A DNA stretch of 64,000 nt from Macrostomum lignano (taxonomy: Eukaryota): NCBI GenBank assembly GCA_002269645.1, contig NIVC01003143.1:1-64000 (forward strand), given 5' to 3'. Shown piece after piece: positions 13,201-23,000 of this stretch; the stretch's first letter is position 1, and each line of letters opens with the position of its first letter. The translations under genes were made by a program, and so were the position numbers. The notes beneath the pieces are model-generated. The model made no database searches. It was not told the DNA's origin and saw nothing but the letters and a program-made list of their open reading frames with translations.

Positions 13201-13620
13201 TCACCTTATAGTTTCTCAGGTGTGACATAGTTTGACTCTTCAATCCCCCAGAAGATTCACCTTATAGTTCCTCAGGTGCGACACTAGCCCCATCTCCAGC
13301 CCCATCTCCATCTCCATCTCCAGCCCCATCTCCATCCCCATCTCCAGCCCCATCTTCATCCCATCTCCATCCTTATCTCCAGCCTCACCGGTCACCTGCG
13401 CAGCCGCCCTCCGCCGCCGCTCTGCCCTCAGCTGGTCCCGCCGCCTTAGAATGTGCCGCAGGTCATCCGGCTCCGGCGACTCGATCTCCGACCCTTCCGA
13501 TGCTTTCGAAGCTTCGCGAATTTCGGCAACGCGGATTTCGCTGCTGGCAGGCTCGGGAGGCTGCTGCTGCTGCGGCTGCTGGCTCTCGCCAGAGCTCACT
13601 GAGAACATTCGCCGGTACAT
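4286..13620 (-). CDS. DCX-EMAP: Doublecortin-domain EMAP-like microtubule-associated protein, about 1154 aa, 12 exons
   Basis: Exons 13620-13389, 12134-12030, 11717-11032, 10599-10428, 9817-9605, 9407-9209, 9114-8430, 8351-8238, 8122-7660, 7445-7245, 6795-6596 and 4480-4286 are all GT-AG and phase-consistent (3465 nt). Two DCX domains (LVTFFRNGDPHYKG; LITVVSN...KVLLNP), a HELP motif (LHWLHG...QRHYTGH) and WD40 repeats are present. Confidence 0.9.
5222..5520 (+). mobile_element. tRNA-derived SINE copy
   Basis: Pol III A-box-like TAGTGGCTTAAGTTGG and B-box GGTTCGATTCC (5264-5274), followed by core GTCGTGCAATTCACAGCCATGAGGGCCAGCTCCCAAGG shared with copies at about 15450 and 30490. Confidence 0.6.
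5692..6432. mobile_element. Possible solo LTR or non-autonomous insertion in a DCX-EMAP intron
   Basis: GC-rich block bounded by TG...CA with near-matching flanks TATAT/TATAC. Alternative ends are TGTTG (5705) ...CAACA (6422). Contains a 19-bp unit three times. No coding homology was recognised. Confidence 0.25.
10768..10975. repeat. 30-bp minisatellite (TGCTGYCAACACATTCCAAGTCACATTACA), about 7 copies
   Basis: Direct tandem repeat seen in a DCX-EMAP intron. Confidence 0.95.
12545..12760. repeat. About 33-35-bp minisatellite (CTCCATTGCTTAGCCATTAGCCTCATATCCACTAG)
   Basis: About 6 degenerate tandem copies. Confidence 0.9.
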
Positions 13621-14235
13621 CAGTCAATCCGACAGTCGACAAGGTTCAGCCGCAGCCGGCATAAAGTCGTTCGGCCTTACTATCTTCAATAAATCTGACT
13701 TGTGGGGACCGGTGTGAGCCACTAGGCAGCAGAGGGATTCAGAACTAAAAGCTTAAAAAGCTAACTTCAAGGGGCAGTAGCTGGATGGAGTTCCACGCGG
13801 CTGCTACTTAGAAGAATTCTTAGCAAAAACATTTCTATCTTTTTTCGCCTCCCAGTTGCTAATAGCAACGCTCGGGGAGCGCCTCCTTACATTCGCGAGG
13901 CCAATTCTTTTTCTGCCTGCCTCTGTCTCTCCCATCTGTCATCCTGCTCCGCAGCCAGTGCTATGCTCAACTGACTCTGCTCTCCCCTAACTCCGGTCGC
14001 CACCTCTGCTCAATCTTGTCACTCCCTGGCCTTTGGGAGCCAATCCATTTTCTTTTCTCCTACTAATCTTTTTTGACTCCGACATAGTTCAGCGTCCTTC
14101 AATGCCCTGATCTCGACTGCCTACTTATAGTAACCGGTTTGAATCGTTTGTCGATTCTGAGTTTAGAAAAATTGCTAAATTTTCAAAATGGTGTCCTCCA
14201 AATGATCAATACGACACCCTAAAAATGACAAAAGA

Positions 14236-14629
14236 GAAGAGAGGAGAGGAGAGGAGAGGAGAGGAGAGGAGAGGAGAGGAGAGGAGAGGAGAGGAGGGGA
14301 GGGGAGGGGAGAAGAGAGGAGAGGAGAGGAGAGGAGAGGAGAGGAGAGGAGAGGAGAGGAGAGGAGAGGAGAGGAGAGGAGAGGAGAGGAGAGGAGAAGA
14401 GAGGAGAGGAGAGGAGGGGAGAGGAGAGGAGAGGAGAGGAGAGGAGAGGAGAGGAGGGGAGAAGAGAGGAGAGGAGGGGAGAAGAGAGGAGAGGAGGGGA
14501 GAGGAGAAGAGAAGAGAGGAGAGGAGAGGAGAGGAGAGGAGAGGAGAGGAGGGGAGGGGAGAGGAGAGGAAAGGAGGAGAGAAGAGAGGAGAGGAGGGGA
14601 GAGGAGGGGAGAAGAGAGGAGAGGAGAGT
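14236..14629. repeat. (GAGAG)n pentanucleotide purine tract
   Basis: About 390 bp of GAGGA/GAGAG units. Confidence 0.97.
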
Positions 14630-15404
14630 ACTGAATGATTGCTGATGAGCACGAATACCACAAAAGCTCAAAAATGCCACTGGCAGTCTTCTTATGCTTT
14701 TCCAATGCCTCATTTGCATTCCATTTGAGTCATTTAATCTCTAATTGCTCAAACTATAAAATTAAACAAAATAACTGTTGGACTTATTTCGTAAATTTAT
14801 AGAGAGTAGACTACTACAGAACATTCGTGACTTGGTAGATAAATTGCAATAGCCCTTAGAAACCTGAATGACTGGCAGTTGAAATACCCAAGATCTCAGT
14901 TCGACTTAAAAAAACCACGATGCTCCATCATATCCACCCGTTGCTCCGAAATTCTGGATGACTATCGAAAGTTAGAAAATGTTGTAGGCCCAAGATTCCT
15001 CAAGCGGACTGGCTCATCTGTCTTTCGGTCCCTTGATGCTGAGGGGCTGCCGCTGAGGACCCGCTGGTTGAAGATGCCGATGCCGGTATCTATAATTACA
15101 GTAATTGTAATAAATATCAGGAACGGTGAAGCGTGGCGAGCAGCGCGCACCGGGGCCCAGCAATTTTTGAGCCGGGATAGGTAGAGATTTATAAGGAGGG
15201 ACCAGCGGCTGGATCAAGGAGGCCCCGAGACAGAGTCTGGAGTGCCAACTGCCCCGAATCCTCATTGTCAAGAACTTCGAGTGCAGAACTGCAAAGTATT
15301 TCTCTGTTGTGTCAACAAATTCTATCAAAGCCAACTTGCTTTCTATTGTTAGGAATTGCTGGATTGTTATGTGAAATATGAAAAACATCCCCAAACTGAT
15401 ATAG

Positions 15405-15510
15405 AAAGCAGTTGCTCAGCGTAGAGCTTCGATTCGCCCGAGGGTTGTGCGATATCACAGCCATGAGGGCCAACCCCCAAGGCAGAGAGGGTGCACGTGC
15501 TGAGGGTGTG
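15405..15510 (+). mobile_element. Truncated copy of the tRNA-derived SINE
   Basis: Core TTGTGCGATATCACAGCCATGAGGGCCAACCCCCAAGGCAGAGAGGGTGCAC matches the 5330 and 30490 cores; the head is degraded. Confidence 0.5.
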
Positions 15511-16114
15511 GACTGAAAAACTGCAGTCAGGGTTTCGCTGGAGGAGTTGCCACCCCAGTCTCTGGGTTTGAGTCTCCCTGGCTCCCGAGCCCCTTTGGGA
15601 CAGAGTTTATCAGAGCAGAAGAGAGCTGAAGCTATTTTTGGCCCCGAAGTTCAATCCAATGACTGCCCGACGGGGTCGTCCTTGGGATAGTTGGGCCAGG
15701 GACGTCTTAAGTTAGAAATCTGGACTGGAAACTGGGCCCTTTTTTCCTAGAAACAGTAGGCCAATATTTATGCTTTCCTCATTTGCGATAAAACTATCGA
15801 TTTACTTTAAAACTGTATAGTCCGAGTCCTTCGGCCCGAAGGATTTGCCCTGTAATACCAGATGAGAGAGGTGTAGAAAAGTCAAAGAGACCCACCAGAA
15901 GTTTCCTGTGAAGAAGACTGCATTTATCCACTTTAGCCAAGTGAAACAAAAACTTTTTATCCTTTCTAGTGAGCTACACTCGATTCGAGCAACATTTTCT
16001 ACCTTGTAACGGCATCAGCTCTGCTTTAAATATTTTGATTCTTCGGTAACTTTCTGAAAATCAGGATCGGTCCTCCCGCTCCAGATGCTGCGTCCAAAAC
16101 TCCCTGGTCAAAGC

Positions 16115-16250
16115 CTTCTATTTAAGTCCCTGCCCGCGACTTCTCAGGCTCCCACTCACTCGCTCGCTGCTTTCCCACTCTCTCCGAGCCTACCCGCTCC
16201 AAATAACCCAGGGAGTGCGCGCTTGACAACCGCCCAGCAACCGCCAGGTA
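16115..16250 (+). promoter_or_regulatory. TATA-like box and non-coding first exon of the three-finger gene
   Basis: CTATTTAAG near 16117, donor CAG|gtaagc at 16247/16248, candidate acceptor CAATCAG at 16757 just before the ATG, and AATAAA at 17313. Confidence 0.4.
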
Positions 16251-16772
16251 AGCCGAGGGGGGGAAGTTGCGAATCCTGAAGTTTGTGTCGCCGAATCAAC
16301 GCGCAGATCAACGTTGTTCCAGGTTGGGCAGCCTTCAAAACCAGCTCAAGAGTTCCGAATAAAATTTTGCGATTGGCATCAGCAGGGGGGGGGGATTTTA
16401 CGCTTCGCAGCTTCCGCTTCTGCCGGGCTCCATCGATTGAAAATCCCCCCGTTGCCTTCAACAGAGTCTCCCTCGCAAACGAGTCAATTGTGAAAATTCT
16501 CTCCGACGGAAATCGATGCAACTGAAGCGCCCGCTGTCAGTAGGGGGGGGGGGGGGTCGGGTGGAGTCGCATGAGAATTTCTTTTTTTCCTTAAAATTTT
16601 GTTCCGTTTTGGACAACAGCAGATTTGATTGGTCGCCGGGCGGGGTTCGCTGTCGGGGCCGGCTAAATACGGCATTTCTCCATTGGCATTGCAGCCGAGT
16701 CAGCCAAAGGCCATCACGGGCATCTCCGACCGCTTCACGCAAGCCCAACTCAATCAGAGCATTCGATTTCTA

Positions 16773-17111
16773 ATGCAGTCCATGCAGACAGTGCACCTGC
16801 TGTGCCTCCTGGCCCTAGCAACCATCGCCGGAGCGCGAAGGTGCCAGGTGAGCCAGCCGCCAGCCACAGCGGATGGCGCCTGGACTCACGAGTACAAGAC
16901 CTGCGACTCCGGCTCCGACTTCTGCTTCCGGGGCCGCCTAACGGGCACCGGGGAACGAGCGATCCGCGAGCTGTTCGACTGGCCCGTGACGCGCGGCCAG
17001 GTGCTCCGGGCCTGCGTTGAGTCCATCGAGCCGCCCATGGAGGACATGTGGAGCTGGTACGAACTCAAGAGCATTCGCGTCTGCGCCACGGACGGCTGCA
17101 ACAGCAGTTGA
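16773..17111 (+). CDS. Secreted three-finger (Ly6/LU-like) protein, 112 aa
   Basis: Signal-peptide-like MQSMQTVHLLCLLALATIAGA, then RRC...TCDSGSDFC...RAC...VCATDGCNSS*. Has the terminal C-x4-CN motif and no GPI-type hydrophobic tail. Confidence 0.8.
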   Translation: MQSMQTVHLLCLLALATIAGARRCQVSQPPATADGAWTHEYKTCDSGSDFCFRGRLTGTGERAIRELFDWPVTRGQVLRACVESIEPPMEDMWSWYELKSIRVCATDGCNSS

Positions 17112-17364
17112 ACGAGTTGGCGCGAACGTCTACGACGAACTGAAGGAGTATCGGTGGTCAAAAACTTTCAACTTTAATCCTTCTGCTTGGAGAGAGGCGA
17201 AGCGCCTCGCTCTCTGATCCCCCGGCTTACCCTCTCATTATCTGGCGCGTTGCGATAGCAGCAGATCTGGCAAACTTGAGATCAATTATCAAAGAAATAC
17301 ACAAAAGCCGACAATAAAAGCTATAAAATGAAAGTAGCAACCACTTGTCTGGTGCCTCTTTGTC

Positions 17365-17665
17365 TGCATTGGTCATTGTTGTCTGTGTTGGTCATTGTTG
17401 TCTGCATTGGTCAATGTTTGTCTGTTTTGGTCTCTGTTATCGGCTGTGTTGGTCATTGTTGTCTGCGTTGGTCATTGTTGTCTGCATTGGTCATTGTTGT
17501 CTGCATTGGTCATTGTTGTCTGCATTGGTCATTGTTGTCTGCATTGGTCATTGTTGTCTGTGTTGGTCATTGTTGTCCGTATTGGTCAATGTTTGTCTGT
17601 TTTGGTCTCTGTTATCGGCTGTGTTGGTCATTGTTGTCTGCGTCGGTCATTGTTGTCTGTGTTTG
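17365..17665. repeat. 19-bp minisatellite (GGTCATTGTTGTCTGCATT)
   Basis: Tandem degenerate copies; explains the Cys/Val/Leu-rich ORFs at 17328-17715. Confidence 0.93.
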
Positions 17666-18859
17666 GCCTGCGTGAATGTGTGGCATGTGTACTTATCTGC
17701 TCAGCGCCACGTTGATTTGCGAAATTGCTACAGTAAAGCATGCCGACTCATCCATGCAATAATTATGCGATGGCAAAACACGCTTCTCCTTGTGAGTTGC
17801 GGCTGCCTTCACCAAATGAATCGAAACTGCGAGACTTCAGACAGACTTCTGACGCACTTGACTCCAGCGCTGGAGAACCGATTTCATTTTCTCAGCCACT
17901 GCCAGCATGCATCGAATTTCTACCGTCCACTTGGACCTCCTCCCGACGACTACTCGAAGTCCCCCTGGGTAGGGTACTTCCGGCCGGGAGAAAATCCCTT
18001 GACAGGAAATTTCTTCCGTTCCTGCTTTCCGTATTCGGATTCTGCATGCATAATTAATTCTATAGTATCAGGCGGATGGAGCCTTTCCTTCGGGCCTAGA
18101 GGTGCTCCAGCGGGTGACCACCGGAGGGTGAACCGGGAGGTTTCCTCTCTCTGACTGCAGCCTGAACTTTGAGGCCACTAACTCGATCGAATTGATTGTG
18201 TGCTCTATGCTTAACAAGCATTACCCTGCAGGGTTTAACAGCGGTTTACTCAGGTACTCTCAGTGAAATGGCTAATTTAGTTTGTTCAGTTCGAATATAA
18301 GCCAGTCCACCTGACCGCTGGGCCGTGGAGTTCTAGAACGAGCTGTCTGGAGTGGAAACGCCGACTTGTTCGAGAAACCAGTGAGAATTATGATCTTAAA
18401 TAGAACTAGCCTCTGGTTATGGAGTCTTTAATTCTACTGACTTTGTGTTGTGTGTACAGTGAATGAACGCACTGCAGTCCAGATGTTGTGTCCAGAGCTC
18501 CATGGCCCCTTGCCCGCTGCCGGGGAACCAAGCGTGAGTGATTGGCGCCACTCCAGCTCGGCGGCACTCGGCTGTCCCCCTTAGCAACTCGATCTGGCCT
18601 CTTCGCACCTCGCTGGTCTCGCCGAACCCCTTGATTAGCTGAGCCGCAGTCAGGACACGGGGCGAACTTCTCCGAGCCTAACGACTGGGGAGATGCTTCG
18701 GGAAGAGAGATGATCGCAGCTAAAAATAACCACACAGAAGCGCCGAGCACCGGTGCATTTTCTCTGGCAGGTGAGCCTTGAGAAAGACCCATTTCTCAAA
18801 ATTGCCCAAGTATTGTCTTCACATTTAAAGACCCCTTTTTAATATAGCATTACCATTTG

Positions 18860-19370
18860 GGCTTACATACATTGAAGTTAATCCAATATACGGTAATGGA
18901 GCTTTTGTCTATGGTAGCAAGGCTGGCACTGCGGCATTCAATTTGGTCCAATCGCTCGTGAGCCATTCGGCAAACTCTTACCTTCTCGCAACCGTCTGCG
19001 ATTGTTGCGTACCGCTGGAAGTTCAGCGTCTCTACCAGCAATTTTCAGCCACTTTTCCAAAGCTCTGCTGATAGTCGAAAGCTGGAACTGTTTCTTTAAA
19101 TTCTGCTGCATTTTCTTCTATGTCAACAAAGGGTTCGTCTCAACTGCATCGAGTAGCAGTTGGACCTGAGGCTCCTGCAACTTGCCTTGGCGATTGCTAC
19201 CCTTTCGCAGGCGATCTCTGCTTGCACCGCCTTTTCTGTTACATTCAGCAACCTTGCAATGTCATTTGGGCGTTCATCTCTGTTGAGCGCTTCGATCGCA
19301 TTCGTTCGACAGCCCAGCATATGGTCCACAATTCTGAGGGGCTGATCTGCTTCTCCACAGCAGTTGCGAA
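18860..19370 (-). mobile_element. Decayed Tc1/IS630-like transposase fragment
   Basis: HTH-like AIEALNRDERPNDIARLLNVTEKAVQ, then after a frameshift GSNRQGKLQEPQVQLLLDAVETNPLLT*KKMQQNLKKQFQLSTISRAL and EFAEWL. Contains stops and frameshifts; no TIRs were established. Confidence 0.6.
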
Positions 19371-19379
19371 TGAAGCTAT

Positions 19380-19490
19380 ATGGACCAAATTGATGCTTGT
19401 TGGACCAAATTGATGCTTGTTGGACCAAATTGATGCTTGTTGGACCAAATTGATGCTTGTTGGACCAAATTGATGCTTGTTGGACCAAAT
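19380..19490. repeat. 20-bp minisatellite (TTGGACCAAATTGATGCTTG), about 5-6 copies
   Basis: Near-perfect tandem copies. Confidence 0.95.
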
Positions 19491-20072
19491 TAGATGACGC
19501 TGTGCCAGCTTTGCTACCATAGACAAAAGCTCCGTTGCATTGGCAACGGGAAACAACAAAACTTGAAGGCCTATCTAATAATAACTTAGTCCTCGAAAAG
19601 CATTACTTCGATATGTTCTACCTTGTAGTCAGTGAATTTGTGTCTGTGGTCAAAACCTATCCAATTAATCTTCAAGTTTGTCGTTCCCCGTCTCGAGTTC
19701 AAGCAGTCCCTGGATTAAATCCAATGCATTCGAGACAAAGTTTCTGTTGACGAACAGCTTGTCGGATTCTCAACACGATAAAAGCAGATTTCAAATGTTT
19801 CCCACTCACACGGAAGCAGATTGTGAAGTTTTGCGAACTACATTGAAAAAAAAATTACGGGAAATTTCTTTGTTTAGTTGGTTAATCCGCCGCTGAAAAT
19901 TTAAACATTTTGTTTGTTTTTCTGTTTTCGATTTTTATTTTTTTGGAAAGGCAAGAAGATTCACCCTGTTGGTTAAAAACAGTTTTTTTAGAGAAAAGTA
20001 CTTCCAAGTTTATTTTTAAATCTACAATGATTTTTATAGTAATCGCTTTCAGTCGTGAGCGATGATTCATTA

Positions 20073-23000
20073 TTAATCATTTTTAATAAACTCGAAAAAG
20101 GGCGTCAGGCTCAGCCGCTGTAACCAAAGTATGGCAGCGTAGTTCAAAACTTAACAAAATTATACTTTAAATTACTATTTAAAACAAGTCAGTATTAACA
20201 CCTATATTATATTGGAATCACGCATACCACTGCTTTTTTGACTTGAAACACTTTGACAGTTCACTCATCTCACTCCTCAGCCAGCCAATCAAATCCAGCT
20301 CACAAGTCACCAACCCACCTCACTCCTCAGACAGCCAATCAAATCTAGCTCACAAGTCACCAACCCACCCCACTCCTTAGCCAGCCAATCAAATCCAGCT
20401 CACAAGTCACCAACCCACCCCACTCCTCAGCCAGCCAATCAAATCCAGCTCACAAGTCACCAACCCACCCCACTCCTCAGCCAGCGAATCAAATCCAGCT
20501 CACAAGTCACCAACCCACCCCCCTCCTCAGTCAGCCAATCAAATCCAGCTCACAAGTCACCAACCCACCCCACTCCTCAGCCAGCCAATCAAATCCAGCT
20601 CACAAGTCACCAACCCACCCCACTCCTCAGCCAGCCAATCAAATCCAGCTCACAAGCCACCAACCCACCCCACTCCTCAGCCAGCCAATCAAATCCAGCT
20701 CACAAGTCACCAACCCCCTCCACTGCTCAGCCAGCCAATCCGAACTGATTCACCTGCCCCTCTCCGAGCTGTTGATTCGAATCAATGGTGCGGCTATTCC
20801 TGACGGCAGCAACCAGGTCGTGTACAAACTGGAGCAGCTCAAACAGTGTGAGAACACTCCATCCCAGGTAGAGGCCCAGAATGCCGCCTGTGTCGGCCCA
20901 GAAGGTCGCCCAGGTGTAGCCGCGGCCGAGAGTCAATCGGGTGCTCCGGGCTTCACCCGAGCGGATTTGAACTCGCATCAGCGAGGCGTCCAGGTGAGCT
21001 CGGAACTCGTTGCTGCTATCCGACTGTTCAATCTCGACATCGGAGCTGTGGCACAGGTCCAGCAGGAAGTCCCAGGCGGGCAGGTGGCTGCCAGAGCGCT
21101 GAAGTCTGGCGCCACCGAGTGTCTGGCGAACGAAGCGGGTGGCCGATTCCGCAGCCGGCCAGCTGGCGGCGGACAGCTGCACCCCGTAGCTGCGGCTCCG
21201 GCACAGCCGGCTGGCGGCGCAGGCGTTCGACGGATCGACCAGCTGGAAGGGGCGGCCCCACTGGCTCTGCAGCGCCCGCACCGCCTCTTCGTCGTCGGGC
21301 ATGTCGGTCAGGTTGAGGCAGCGGCGCAGTCGGATGCCCCGCCGGTCCCAGGGCTGCGGGAACGGCGCCCGGCTGCAGTTGAGCTGGTCGCGAGACTGCC
21401 GCGCCAGATCGGCGAAGTAGCAGGCGGCCTGAGCATTTCGGGGGAGGAGGGGTGGTGGTTCGACGCGAGCGTGTGGCAGCTGACCTGACCTCGGAACAGA
21501 ACCAGGGGAGCGAACAGAAGCCGAAGCTCCTTCGAAGCCAAAAATAAGATAAGGAAATTCGAGCCCAGCTGAGACAGAGCGGGGCTTTCACTGGCCTAAA
21601 ATTAGATCCGTCCGGGATCAGACTCACAGCTGTGCTTGAAAACTCTCCAAAGCTTTTGATAAGTGCTGGCCGACTTTAGGATGAAGCATTCTCTTCTACC
21701 CTTTTGAAATTAACTGCAGTGATGGGATCACCACTGTAGCACAGTTACATCGCATTCACACCTCTGTCACATCACAGTCTCAGCACAGTCACATCACAAT
21801 CTCAGCACAGTCACATCACAATCACAGCACAGTCTCACCACCGTCACATCACAATCACAGCACAGTCACATCAAAATCCCAGCACAGTCACATCACAATC
21901 ACAGCACAGTCACATCACAATCACAGCACAGTCACATCACAATCACAGCACAGTCACATTACAATCACAGCACAGTCACATCACAGTCACAGCACAGTCA
22001 CATCACAATCACAGCACAGTCACATCACAATCACAGCACAGTCACATCACAATCACAGCACAGTCACATTACAATCACAGCACAGTCACATCACAGTCAC
22101 AGCACAGTCACATTACAATCACAGCACAGTCACATCACAGTCACAGCACAGTCACATCACAGTCACAGCACAGTCACATCACAATCTCAGCACAGTCACA
22201 GTATTCGATCTCACCATCGAGTAGTTGAACTCCTGCGGGCTGCCGTCGCGAGGGCTGACAAACACCGCGGCGCCAACTTCGCCGAAGCTCGGAGGCCTCT
22301 CCAGACAGGCGGCGATCTCGCGGTCGGCCGCCCGCTCGGTGTCCTGCATGGTCAGGCGCAGGTCGTACAGCTGGCCGGGCCGCAGCAGGAAGCTGGCAGC
22401 GAACCGGCCGCTCGGGTACTCGCCTGCGCCGGGGAGGTACAGTCGGATGCCGGCGGCCCTGTCCAGCGGCAGCAGGTCAACCAGCGTCCAGTCCGAGGGC
22501 ATCAGTGGCGTAGGCGGGCTGTCGGCTGGCCACCAGTGCAGCAGGCTAAGCACCGCATTGGGGCCTCGGGGCAGCCAGGCGTGGAACCGGTCCAGCAGCA
22601 GCTGGAAGTCGGCGTAGACTTCCAGACTGCGCATTCGGCTGCGGTTGGCCGGCGTGAGCTCGGCGCGGAAGCAGGTCACGTGCTCCGGATGGGGGAACGG
22701 TCGCATCGTCAGGTCCTGGATGGAGTTTGAGTGAATGGCTTAGCAAAAGAATTTAACAATGGTATTCTTAACCGAAGCTTAAATTTGGCAGTTTTGCTCT
22801 GCGCCCTGTGCGATTTACGCCCATGAGAGCCAACGCTCAAGTCGCCTACCACACTATTCACCCAGCCAATCAAAGCCAGCTCACAAATCACCAACCCACC
22901 CCACTCCTCAGCCAGCCAATCAAATCCGGCTTACAAGTCACCAACCCACCCCACTCCTCAGCCAGCCAATCAAATCCGGCTTACAAGTCACCAACCCACC

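Noticed and set aside
14642-14700. Hammerhead-like CTGATGAGC...GCTC followed by a short hairpin
   Set aside because: It has AAAA instead of the essential GAAA, and stem I cannot pair.
17670-18840. ORFs of 105-269 aa between the three-finger gene and the transposase remnant
   Set aside because: No recognisable motif or splice structure; the longest begins in the 19-bp repeat.
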